A stretch of DNA of 64,000 nt, taken from the NCBI RefSeq assembly GCF_006345805.1, contig NC_043003.1, forward strand, positions 10,416,001-10,480,000. Reading direction: 5' to 3'. Origin of the DNA: Octopus sinensis. Its lineage: Eukaryota. Positions 47,414-59,917 of the stretch are shown here, in pieces. Each line of letters begins with the position of its first letter. Positions within the stretch are counted from its first letter, which is position 1. The position numbers and the translations under genes are program-made. The notes under the pieces are model-generated. The model saw only the letters and a program-made list of their open reading frames with translations, was not told the DNA's origin and searched no databases.

Positions 47414-47414
<1 letters not shown>
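47377..47414 (-). mobile_element. 5' head of a tRNA-derived SINE (family B), interrupted by the array
   Basis: Minus strand AGGCGCAGGAGTGGCTGTGTGCTAAGTAGCTTCTTACC after (TA)n; matches my recollection of an abundant Octopus SINE head GGCGCAGGAGTGGCTGTGTGGTAAGTAGCTTGCTTACC (not verified by search). Confidence 0.65.

Positions 47415-47470
<56 letters not shown>
47414..47470. repeat. (TA)n microsatellite
   Basis: Read directly. Confidence 0.9.
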
Positions 47471-47603
47471 AGCATTAAAGACCCGTCGTTGCCGGGTCAT
47501 AGTGCTAGTGCATGTATATATGTGTACATATTACATGTACATCTATATATATATATATATCTACACATAAAATGCAAAATACAAAGTTATATCTTGATAT
47601 CTG

Positions 47604-48960
47604 ATTCTTTATTACCCACGAGGGGCGACGCAGATGGGACATTACAAAACATTGGGGACATAGAACATAATAATTAAATTTATGAAGAATGAATTTTTAA
47701 ATGAAAAATATGAAAGTGATGCTTGTGAATTTTCTTCTTCTATTGTCTCCTTCTCCTCTGGTTTCTGCTCTTTTTCCGCCTCTCTTTGTGGCTCGGCATC
47801 CATTTCTTTCTCTGGCGGAGGGCGGTCAGCTCTTATGTGGCCCCTCAGGCCACACTTGTAACAACGTGGAGCTCTGCCCTCCACCCACACTCTCATGATT
47901 ACGTCTCCCAATCTGATGTTTTCTGCTAGGTCCACCAGTACATCATCCTCTGCCTGCACATTTAGTTCCAGTGTCACGCCTCTCCAGCCCTCGGTCTTAA
48001 CCGAGGCATGGAGGATGTCCACTTCATCCTCGTGGCCGCTGATTATAGCCGCCACAATCCACTCGGCTTCGACGTTTGGGGGTATTCCCTCGACCCTTAT
48101 TCTGGTAATTTTTCTATTTAAATATGTGGGCAAAAGGAATACCCTCTCGGATTTCACCGCCTTCGCCGCCATCTTCCTTGCTGTATTCTCACTTTTGAAC
48201 TGTACTACCACAGTACCATACTTTAAACCTCTAGTCAGAAAATTAATTTCCTCTTCCGTTCTTCTTAGCGCCTCCTCTATCCACTCCATATTCACCACTT
48301 CTATCTTTCTCTTTCCGCTTGCGTATACCCTGTATGTGATGGTCCTTTTCTCGTACCATTCTTTTCTGTTTGGTGGCGGTGCCAGTTCCACGTCACCGCT
48401 GTCCTTCTTAATATACTTCTGGAAACATGGCAGCTTGGCCAAGTTCACCCCTCTCTCCTCCGCCTTCTTAGTCACTCCGGCATAGGTATAACCCAGTTTC
48501 TGGTCCATTTTCCTCACTGCTTCTTCTAGTTCCTCCTCAGACAGTTCAATATTCCACGTGTGGTAGTCCAAGTGTGAAAATTGGTACTCTAATGAGTCAA
48601 AACTATTTCTGAGGAGAGGCTACGCCTTCCTCAAAAAAACACAATTTCTCACTAAAGGGTGAGACTTTTAAATACGCCAACAGGTAGAAAAATATATTCG
48701 AAGTAAAGTGAAGCATATTACAAGTCTGATAGACTCAAAAACTCTAGCCGTCTCTCCCAACAGGGAGGGGTCGTCCATATCCTTTTGTCTGACAGACCGA
48801 AAACGGCCCCCCGAACAGAAACAGTGTAACGCGAAACCGTATCAACAAACGTACAAAATTCCACAACAACAATTTTCCCACTTTTTGTTCTTTTTAACAC
48901 AATTTCACGAGCGTTCAAAAACACAACCGATGTCAACGTTATAATACTCAAAATATATAA
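47604..48960 (-). mobile_element. U24: class-A ORF1-only element (U15 paralog), ORF ~47700-48571, C-terminal module deleted
   Basis: EGRAPRCYKCGLRGHIRAD; tail like U15; 5' UTR hairpin at ~48607. Confidence 0.8.
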
Positions 48961-48974
48961 CAGACTGGAATTAA

Positions 48975-49998
48975 TTTTTTATTACCCACAAGGGGCGAAC
49001 ATAGAGGGGACAAAACAATCTGATGTGGGGTCAGATTTACGAATGAAATTACGCAAAATGATGAGCTTTAAAAATTTACATAAATTAAAAAGAAATCGAA
49101 TGGTAGAACAGACCGGAAGACATTACGGATGGAGTGGGGGCGGGTTTAGCTCGGACCCCACGAGCCCCGCCTCCCCACTGATACTTTGGTTTTCGTCTTG
49201 TTATACATTTATGTGGTATCTTTCACTCGCAACTTTCGTGCTACATCCTTCCATCGATCTTCATAGACTTTCTTAGTCAGGCATTTTCTCTCCAGCCCTA
49301 TTTTCCTTTTCAGGTGGAAGATGAAGTAATTCATCAGTCCAGGGCCGGAGATGAGATTGTCTGACTAAACTTTTCAGCCAAGTCTTCCAAATCACCTCTT
49401 TCGCAATTGCAACTACAACGAGAAAACAATTCTTACCTTCTTTCGCGAGGAAATCCGGTGGGTCAATTTTTATAATAGACTCAGTCGACAGCTGTACCCT
49501 TCGTGTGCTTGACAACAGCTGTTCGGCATAAACCCACACCTCAGACACGACCGAACATTGAACAATAGCATGCGGGACGGTTTCCCTATCCCGCTCGCAT
49601 CTTGGACATGTCGGACTGTCTTGGCCACCATGCCTTGCGAGTTTGTCCCAAACAGGTAAAGCTCCTCTGTAACACTGCCATGCCAGAGATCTCTGAAAGT
49701 TGTCCAGGGTCTTCGGCCCGAATGTACGTTGGAACAGACTAGCCAGCTGATTATCGTCGAGACCCAGGGTTTCCCCTAAGGTATCTTCACATTCCGCCTC
49801 TACCAACCCTCTATAGAAGAATGTGGTGGAACCCCCACCGCAGGCGTTGCCCGAGCGACGGAATAGCAGGAGAGCCTTGCGACACTCCATGTACCATGTT
49901 CCCAGTTTCGATCTTCGATTCAGCCAGGTTTCCCATCCACCGAAACTAGTGAACTTGGGAAACATCAGTTTTGCCAGCGGAGACCACACCCGTTCACC
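48975..49998 (-). mobile_element. U25: Tx1 LINE 3' fragment (C-terminal zinc finger + tail), near copy of the U28 3' end
   Basis: WQCYRGALPVWDKL..CPRC..HAIVQC; tail matches 59918-60160. Confidence 0.9.
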
Positions 49999-52900
49999 TA
50001 TTTCTTTATTACTCACAAGGGGCCAACGAAGAAGGGGACAACACATCATGATTTGGGGTCACGAGATACAGATGAAATTTACATAAAAATGAGCTTTAAA
50101 AATGTTTACACAAAATCGAAGAAATCGAATGATACACAATGTTTTTAACAACAGCACGACATAAAAGGAACACATGAAGTGGGAACACCAGGATTGCCGA
50201 CCCCACGAGCCCTGTTTTTCCCACCGAAACTCGGCAGCCAACTTACAGCATGTTCACGTGGCCCCTTTCACTCGCAGCAATCGTGCCACACGTTTCCATA
50301 TTTTGTCGAACTGACACGCAGACAGACACCTTTTCTCTAACTCCACCTTTCTTTTTAGGTGGAACCTGAAAAAGGTCACCAAGGCGGAGCCAGAGATCAC
50401 GGTGCCTGTCATTACCGCTTTCATTCTAGTCTTCCATATACACTCTTTCACTACTGCTACTGTACTGAGAAAGCAATGCTTACCTTCACTTGTCAAAAAG
50501 CTAGGCGAGTCAATTTTTATAATTGTCTCAGCCGATAGCTGTACTCTTCTTCCGTCCGACAACAGGTGTTCCGCATATACCCACACGTCCGAGACTTCCG
50601 GACACTGAACAATAGCGTGCGAGACTGTTTCCAGATCCCGCTCGCATCTTGGGCAGTTCGATGGTCCACTCCAACCATGCCTTGTGAGTTTATCCCGAAC
50701 GGGTAAAGCCCCTCTGAAACATTGCCAGGTCAAAGACTTCTGGAAGTTATCCAATGTCTTCGGCCCGAACGTCCTTCGGAACAGGCTGTCTAACTGATTT
50801 CGATCGAGGCCCAAGGTCCTTCCTAAGGCATCGTCATTTCCGGCCTCTACCAACCTGCTATAGAAAGCTGCGGTGGTACCAAAGCCGCCGGCATTGCCCG
50901 ACTTGCGGAAGTGGCAGAGTGCCTTATGGCACTCCGAATACCACATGCTCGATCTAAGTCTACGACGAAACCAGGTTTCTCTGCCACCGAAACTGACAAA
51001 GCTGGGGAACATCTGCCTCGCAAGCGGGGACCACACCCGTTCACCATCCAGGTAGAGCCACAGATGTCTTAACCTCAGCGCATGTCTGCGCATCAACAGC
51101 CAAGGCATCCCTAGCCCACCCTTTAACGGTTGTTGACAGCAAGTAGAGCGTTTCATAAGCGGTTTCCCGCCCTTCCACAAGAAGCGGAAGAGCTGTCTTT
51201 CCAGCTTGATCAACCACGAATCAGGGCAAGGAACGACGGAAAGGCGGTAGGTGATAACCGATGCGATGAACACATTGCTACCTCCGCCCTTCCTTTCACG
51301 GATAGACACCGCCAAGACCAGGTCTTGACTACTGCAGCCACCCTGCTCGATACCTCGCCCCAGTTCTTCTCTGTTTGGAGGTCTGGTCCGAACCAAACCC
51401 CTAGCAACTTAATCGGACCCTGCGTCCAACGTCCCACGACGCTGTCAGGAGGTATCGACTTGCCTCTCCAGGTGCTGAGTTGCAAGCCGACTGACTTTTC
51501 ACGATTAACTTTTGCTCCTGTCACAGTCTCGTAAACCTCTATGGCCTTGCCTACCCTCTGTAGGTGATCCATTTCGGTTAATATGGTGATGTCATCCGCG
51601 TACGCTGACACCGATTTTCCACTACCTGACTGTCTCGGTATGCCGCTCAGTTTTCGCAGTAATGGCTCGAGAGCCACCACGTAAAGAAGCGGGGAGAATG
51701 AACACCCTTGACGAACCGAGCGCTTGATGTTGAACGGCTTCGACAAGAAGCCGTTCACCCGAACTACCGAGTCGATGTTATCATAAATCTGAATAATTCA
51801 CCTGGGGAAGCCAGGGCCCAGGCCGAACTATACCAGAACGGACACCAGGTAGCGATGGTCGACCCTGTCGAAAGCTTTAGATTGGTCTAAATGGACCAGT
51901 GCCCTACCCTTGCCAGAGTCACTATTAAACACCTCTAGAGTGTACCGCATAAGATGGAGGTTATCCTGAATGGTTCTGCCGGGAACGGCACATGTCTGTG
52001 CCTCCCCGATCAGACCATCCGCGACACGCGCCAATCTTTTCGATAACACTTTGGCCAAAATCTTCAACTCTGTGTTTAGCAGAGTGATGGGCCTGAAATT
52101 ATCAATGCACTCCCCCTTGCTCGGGTCCTTTCTGACAAGTGTCACTACTCCACGGCGCACAGATCTGGGAATGTACCCGTTCTGCTGCCAGTTCGCATAG
52201 ACCTCTGCCAGTAGGTGCCCGAATAAGTCTGGCATACTCTTATATAACTTATAGGGTAGATTATCCAAACCCGGCGCCTTGCCCGCGCTGCAGTCCGCCA
52301 TCGCCTCAGGCGTGATTGGCCCTTCACAGCCCTCCACATCACGCCCCGATAGGTGCGGCAGCCCGTCGAGGAGGTCTGTAAAGTCCCTTCTTCTATCCAG
52401 TCCGCCGCCCCCACTGAAAAGCTGAGCGAAGTGCTCCTGAAAGGCCTCACACATCTCCTCGGGTTCGTCTATCAACTTACCCTGTTGGTTCGTCACAGAT
52501 CGAATTGTGCCATCATTACCACGTTGGGCTTCCTCCACTCGGGCCCATCTCACGGCGTTGATTCCCTCACAACCCACTGCGCGGATCCTAGCCCTGACAA
52601 TGCAGCCCATGTGTTTGGCCACGAGGTGCTGGTTTAACACCAGTCTCTTGGCCGTCACCTGATCCGCAGAGCCAGTTCTCATGGCTTCCTCTAATTCCTT
52701 AACTAGAGTTGATTCCCTCCTAGCCTCTCTAGCCACTAATCCTATGCTATATCTAATAGACTCGAATTTGATGGCTCGCTTGAGGGCATACCACCATTTG
52801 TTATTAATGATGGCACCAGATAGCGCCCTCTGAATCATAGTCCTAATCCGGTCTCTGCACTCCTTAATCGCCAAAAGGGACGTATTATGTTTCCAATAAC

Positions 52901-55080
52901 CGGAGCCTCTATTAACCTTATCTATGTCAAGCTTACAGGTGACCATTTTATGATCACTGTAGCTGACCAGGTGAAACTGGACTATTTCTCTGTCTACTTT
53001 TCTAAGTAGTATTCTATCTATGTATGACCTGGAAGATCCGTCGCTGCTTGACCATGACCACAATGGAGCGTTCGGAAATTCCAACCTATAAGGATCTGCT
53101 AGCTCAAAGCGACTTAGCAGTTCCAGGAAGCCAATGTTACCTTTTCTATCTGGACGCAAGCCAACGCAAACCACATCGGCTTTGCAAATTGTGTTAAAGT
53201 CTCCTAGCACAACTAATGAATGTGAAGTACCAAGAAACTTCTCCAGCTCTCGAAAATAATTACTTTGCCCCTTTTGGTTGGGTGCGTAAATTGCAACAAG
53301 TCTGATAACTTTACCGTTACTGAACGTCAAATCCATGACGACCAGCCTACCTTCTGGATCTGAAAAAATTAACTTTTTCTCAAAAACCCGGTTTCTTTTT
53401 AATAGGACCAACACCCTACCCCCGCCGGTAGGACTGGCCGGAGAGAAAAAACTCTCGTAGCCGTCGAACAGCGAGAGCAGACCTCTTGGCCCCTCTAAAC
53501 GGGTTTCTGTAGCAACAATGACATCCAAATTACGCGACCTGATATCATTACGGAAGCGACCTTGCTTCCCGCTTGATCCCAGGTCGCGCACATTTAAACT
53601 ATCAACATAAATGTAATCCATGACTTACCTTATATCAGTGGTTCGACTTGTTCTCCTTCTTCTTCACTTTTGTCTTTTTCCCGGACTCGTGGGGGAGTCT
53701 GACACAGGCCCTCGTATATATATGGTGAAGATATGTCCATTCTTAGAGGGCCCACGCCATGATAGAATTCGGACTTTATCCGGCCTATTCTGTACAAAAT
53801 AAAATCTTTTGTTTTTTTAATTTTCTCTACTTTTGCCATAGCTGCCAAAACGTTGGTCAGTCTATTATTAGATGCCTCAATAGCCATAAATGAGTTTGTG
53901 GTTTCCTTTCTTTTTTTTTTTTGGCTCACTTTCTGAGGGGTGGTTTCTGTTTTTCGTTTTTCCTTGATGATTTTCGACCACCCCTCCTCATTTTCCTTTT
54001 CCTCGCTGATTGTTGATTCTGTTGCTTCTGCTGCCTCTTCTTTCTGTTGTTTTTTCTGGGTTATCTGGTGTTGCCTCTGGTGGTGCTTCTTGTCTTTTTT
54101 TTCCGGCTGAGCTGCTTCCTGCGGTTTAGGTTGGCACTCTGCCCTCACTTGCCCCTTTTTACCGCAGCCGAAGCACCTCGGCCTTTTGCCTTCTACGAAG
54201 ACTCCTCGCTGATCCTCAACGTCTCTCGGATTTCCTCTAGGGTTTGCACCTCTGCCTGAATTGCCATTGATATGCATTGGCCTTTCCAATGCTCCTCCTC
54301 CTTTACTGTGGCCTGGAGGATGTTGATTTTTCCTCTAGGCCTACCATAACTACGTCACCAGGCATGTGGTGTCTGCCTCTGGGGGAATTTTCTTTATTAT
54401 TATTTTCGAGGTCCTTCTGCCTCTGTACAGGGGAAGGAGGACAATATTCTCCGCTTTCAACGGTTCAGTTGATAGCTTCTTAGCTATCTCTTCCGTTCTG
54501 AACCTAACTTCTACTGACTTCAAGCAGTTTTCAATTTTTTTCTTCTATTCTTTGGATGGTTTTACTTGTGTTGTACGTCTTGTATATAATTCTTTTTTTC
54601 TCTACTTCCTCAATTTTGCTCACGTCTGGTGTTATGGTCACTTCTGTACCTTCTTTTTTTCAACACTGCTGTGTATTTTTCCAGGTTTTCTGTATCAATT
54701 TTCCTGTTTTCCCCGCAACTTCAGCGAACTTCTTTGCTGGGGCTTCTGCTGCTTTTGGTGACACCGCCGGTGAACTTTCTTCACCTGACACTGGTGAATA
54801 GGAGATAGAGGTGTCCATCTCCGAATCTGGCTTTAACAAGCCTTTCAATTGAAAACAAAAGGTTCTGGCTTCGCAAGCCTCTTGTGTGTTTTCACAATAA
54901 ATGTATAACAATAATAATTCCCCCACGGAGGGGGGAACTCCAATACGTAGCCTTCGCGCAAAGGCTAATAACAAAATTTGTACAAAAAGACAAATCAAAA
55001 CAGCAGTAATCAAACGTAACAGTAATTAATTAGATAAACAAACCGATATTCACTAACGCATCAGCAATTAACAGACTGGA
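49999..55080 (-). mobile_element. U26: full-length Tx1 LINE with disrupted ORF1 (~53630-54810) and ORF2 (50254-53621)
   Basis: APE motifs ATETRL, LGDFN, SYIDRI, SDH; RT DQSKAFDRVDH, QGCSFSPLLY, YADD; zinc finger; stop at 51828 plus frameshifts; ORF1 EGKRPRCFGCGKKGQVRAEC. Confidence 0.92.
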
Positions 55081-55094
55081 ATTGGTAGCTCTGA

Positions 55095-58000
55095 TTTTTT
55101 TATTCTCCATAAAGGACGAACACATAGGGGGACAGAACAACCGGGGAACTTAAAATAACAAAATCGATTGACAAAAAACAAGGAAAAATAAAATAACAGT
55201 GAATTACGAAAAGATGATTAAATCGATTGACAAAATGAAGAAACATAAAATAACAATGAATTATGAAAAGATGATTATAATGAGGTGCAAATGTCCACGC
55301 GATCCCCGGAATCGAGAGGTTACATTTTCGTCAGTTTTTTTTTTCACATATATTTCACTTTTTTTTTCTCTTTCCTCACAATCTTACCCATATTCTACGA
55401 TTTCTTCCAAATCTCTGAAGTCTCTCACTGAATCCGCAGGTAGCCGCTTTCTCACTCTACACTTCGTGGAAAATATTACTCTTTCCCCGGCAGCTTCGAA
55501 GAACTCAACGGCTCCTTCCTCAGGGATCAGAGCAGTCTCCTCCCACCGGTCGGTTATCCTTCTGACCCATACATGTCCCTCCGTTTCAGTTGTTACATCG
55601 GTCATTACAGGGCAGAAATGGTAGGTTACTAATCTATAAAAGTAGCAATCCTGATTCCGTCCTGCACTTTCCTTCATCTCCTTTTCGAAATTATTTCCTC
55701 TTTATTTTCCCCTTTTTGTTTCTCTCTTTCTCTTTTCTTTCTCCTTCCTTCTCTTGTCTTTTTGGCTCTTCTTTCTGTTTTCTCTTTCTCTCGTACTTTG
55801 TTCCTTTCCTGTAGTTTCTTTTTCCTTTTGAGTACCGTCTGCCTCTCCAGGTGCCGAGCTGCAAGCCGACTGACTTTTCGCGATTAACCTTTGCTCCTGT
55901 CACCGTCTCGTAAACCTCTATGGCCTTGCCTACTTTACGTAGGAGGTCCACATCAGTCACGATGATAGTGATGTCATCCGCGTACGCCGAAACCGACATT
56001 CCACGACCTGGCTGCCTCGGGATGCCACTCAGTTTTCGCAGCTGCGGCTCGAGAGCCACTACATACTAAAGCGGGGAGAGTGGGCATCCTTGACGAACCG
56101 AGCATTTGACTCTGAACGGCTTAGAAATAAAGCCGTTCACCCGAACTACCGAGTCGACGTTATCGTACATTTCGATGATCCACCTGAGGAAGCCAAGACC
56201 TAGGCCGAACTGAGCCAGAACAGACACCAGGTAATGATGGTCGACACTGTCGAAAGCTTTTGATTGGTCTAAATGGACCACTGCCCCTTCTTTGCCGGGA
56301 TCGCTATTAATTCCCTCTATAGTGTATCTAATTAGATGGAGATTATCCTGAATGGACCTGCCAGGTACGGCACACGTTTGTGCCTTCCCTATTAGTCCAT
56401 CCGCGACACGCGCCAATCTGTTTGATAACACTTTGGCCAAAATCTTCAGCTCTGCGTTAAGCAGAGTGATGGGCCTAAGATTATCAATGACATCCCCCTT
56501 GTCCGAGTCCTTCCTGATTAGTGTCACCACTCCCCGGCGCACAGATCTGGGAATAAACCCATTCTGCTGCCAGTTCGCGTAGACGTTCGCCAGTAAGTCC
56601 CCGAACAAGTCCGGCATACTTTTGTAAAGCTCGTAGGGTAGACCATCCAGTCCTGGCGCCTTACCCGCGCCGCAGTCAGCCATGGCCTCTATTACTTCCC
56701 CAGGCGTGATCGGCTCCTCACTACACTTCGCGTCCTGCTCCGAGAGGCGCGGCAGCCCGTCGAGGAGGTCCGTTAGGCCCCTCCTCCTATCCGGTCCGCC
56801 GCTCCCCCCAAAGAGCTGGGCGAAGTGGTCCTGAAAAGCTTCACACATCTCCTCGGGCTCGTCTATCAACTTACCTTGTTGGTTCGTCAAAGATCGAATT
56901 GTGGCATCGTTGCCACGTTGGGCTTCCACCACTCGGGCCCATCTCGCGGCATTAATTCCTTCGCTCCCCATTGCACGTTGTCTAGCCCTGACAATGCAAC
57001 CCATGTGTTTGGCTTCGAGGTTCTGGTTCAAAACCAGTCTCTTGACCTTCACCTGGGCTGCCGTGCCAGTTCGCATTGCTTCCTCTAAGTCCTTAACTAG
57101 TGCTGATTCCCTTCTAACCTCTCTAGCTACTAGATCTATACTATATCTAATGGACTCATATATGATGGCTCGCTTGAGGGCATACCACCATTTGTTGTTA
57201 ATTATGGTTCCGGTCAAAGCCCTCTGAATCATTAACCTTATCCTGTTAATGTACTCCTTAATCGCCAAAAGGGACGTATTAAGTTTCCAGTAACCAGGAC
57301 CTCTATTCGTCTTATCTATGTCTAGCCTACAGGTGACCATCTTGTGGTCACTGTAGCTGACCATGTGGAGCTGTGGACTCCTAGCTAGTTTCTTATCTAC
57401 TTTTCTAATTAATATCCTGTCTATGTACGACTTGATAGATCCGTCGCTTTTTGACCATGTCCACAATGGAGCGTTCGGATGTTCCAGTCTATATGGATCT
57501 ACCAGCTCGAAACGTCTTAGTAGATCCTGGAAGCAAGCATTTACCTTCCTATCTGTTCGCGAGCCCTCACAGTCTACCCGCACATCGTAGACTGTGTTGA
57601 AGTCTCCTAAAACAACTAAAGGATGCGATGTACTCAGAAACTTTCCAAGGTTCCGAAAATAATCACTTTGTTCCCCTTGACTGTGGGGTGCGTAAACCGC
57701 AACCAGCCTGATTGTCTTACGACTACTGAACGTCAAATCAACGACGACCAGTCTACCTTCTGGATCTGAAAAAATCAACTTTTTCTCAGAAACCCGGTTC
57801 TTTTTACACAGGACCAACACCCCGCTTCCGCCGGACAGACGGCTCGGAGAGATAATTCTCTCGTAACCGCTGAACAGCGGGAGCGGATCTCTTGGCCCCT
57901 TTAACCAGGTTTCTGTGGCAACAACATCTAAATCCCGTGACCTGATGTCATTTAGGAGGCGCCCTTGCTTCCAGTTCGTCACCAGGCCACGCACATTTAT

Positions 58001-59692
58001 GCACCCTACATGAATACGAGCCATCACCTACCTTTTAGTTGGTTTTTTTTCGTTTGTCGTGGGGGGAAGTCCGCATTATACAATGACTCGTGCAAGTCAA
58101 GACGCGGACCTCTAATGTCTTCTGGGTATTCCCCATGCACAATGTTGTAATTTAATCTGTCGATTTTGTATACTTCCACATTCTTGGGCAACACCCTGTA
58201 AGTTTGTATTTTTTCTGCTGTTGGGACTTCATTAATAAGTTTCACCAACCTATCGTTATCATTGTTTATTGAGATGTACACCATCTCTAATCCTTCCATT
58301 TTTTTCTTTGGGCTTTGTGGGGGTGATGGGGGGGACGGCGGGGAGTAGTTTGGGAGGGGAGGGAATTGTTCGACACTGGGAGGTGGGGGTGGGGGTGGTT
58401 GTTCGGGTTGGGTTGGGGGGTCTCTTTTTTTTCCTTTTGTGGGGAACCGTGGTTGGGTGGGGTGAATTTTCCCCCCTGTGTGTTATTTTTCTTTTTGCTT
58501 GTGCATGGGGTGGGTGGGTTCAAGTCTTCATTTTTTCTTTTTGGTGTTTTTTTTCTGCCTCACCAGTGTGAAGGCATTTTCTTCTTCTGTTGCTTTCTTT
58601 TCCACCGTCTCTTTTTTCCTCTTCTCCTCTGCTTCCGTCCTTTTTCTCTCTTCTTCTTTCTTGCGGGTGGGGCAGTCTATACGGATGTGACCTTTCTCAC
58701 CACATCCGTAGCATCGAGGCTTTCGCCCCTCCACCACCACCCGCAAATTTATTTCATCGCTGAAATTGATATTTTCTGCCACCTCCTCCAACGTCTCTGG
58801 GGCCGCCTGTACTGTCACTTGAAGAGATTGACCTCTCCAATTCTCCATCCTGACCTTTGTTATCGCTATCACACTTATTTTTTCTTCCAGCCCCATTAGT
58901 AAGGCTGGAAGCAACCACTCCGCCTCGATTTCTGGCGGTATGTCCTCGACCCTTATTTTGGCGGACCTCCGCCCCAAATAGGAAGGCAAAAGAACAATGT
59001 CACTCGCCTTAATTGGGGTTATCGAGTGCTTTCTTGCCATTTGTTCGCTCTTGAAATATACCACTATTGTGGCGTACTTTTTGCCCCATGTCACACAGTC
59101 TATGTCTTGCCATATTGGTTGCAGACACTTCTCTGCTTGTTCCTTTGTTACTCTTTGGATTTTTTTCTCTTTTATTAAAAAGGATTTGTAAATCACAATC
59201 CTTCTGTGTTTCATTTTTAATTTCTTCTGGGAGGGTGGCTTTTATATTATTCCCCTCCCTTACAAACATAGTTTTGTGTTTTTCATATTCTAGTCCTCCA
59301 TCTTTATCTCTTCCGTCTTCCGTCCGGCGGCGGCTGCGAAGTTGTATGTTTTAGCTTTCGAAGGCGAACCTTCAATAATTTTAGCTGCAGACACAGCTAC
59401 ACTTGAAGGCGTACCTTCGATAGCTTTAGCTGCGGACACAGCTACACTTGAAGGCGAACCTTCGATAACTTTAGCTGCAAACACAGCTTCACTTGAAGGC
59501 GAACCTTCAATAATTTTAGCTGCAGACACAGCTACACTTGAAGGCGAACCTTCGATGACTTTAACTGCAGGCAAACCTGCTTCACTTGAAGGCGAATCTT
59601 CGTCACTTGAAGCGGACAGTGTTTCCACATCAAACAACATTTTTTTTTTTGACTTCATGTCTTTTTTGTTCATTTTTTCCACAAATGTGGTG

Positions 59693-59727
<35 letters not shown>

Positions 59728-59900
59728 GTATGCAACGTGTAGCACTTTTCCCCTCCTTACGGAGGGGAATAACAATATCTTTTGTTATTACACCAGACGT
59801 TCAAAAGTTCAAACAAAACAACAGTTTCTGTAACAAACACTAAGCAGTTACTTACAAATTACTGAAAAAAACCACGCTTCAAATACGGGAAAAAATCAGA
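55095..59900 (-). mobile_element. U27: chimeric Tx1 (ORF1 58024-59775, ORF2 55840-58027 truncated after YADD, fused to a foreign ORF1 C-terminus and U2-type tail)
   Basis: EN and RT motifs in 56066-58027; stop at 56066; GLQLGTWRG joined to a Lys-rich segment at 55839/55840. Confidence 0.85.
59355..59610 (-). repeat. 45-bp coding minisatellite (about 5 units, IEGSPSSVAVSAAKx) in the ORF1 N-terminus
   Basis: ttagctgcagacacagctacacttgaaggcgaaccttc repeated; visible in ORF 59290-59775. Confidence 0.9.
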
Positions 59901-59917
59901 CATCAATCAAATTGAAT

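Noticed and set aside
1969-59833. Many plus-strand Phe/Leu/Ser-rich ORFs (e.g. 1969, 10656, 11488, 40381, 58366, 59342)
   Set aside because: Antisense shadows of Lys/Glu-rich or repetitive ORF1 regions; no independent motifs
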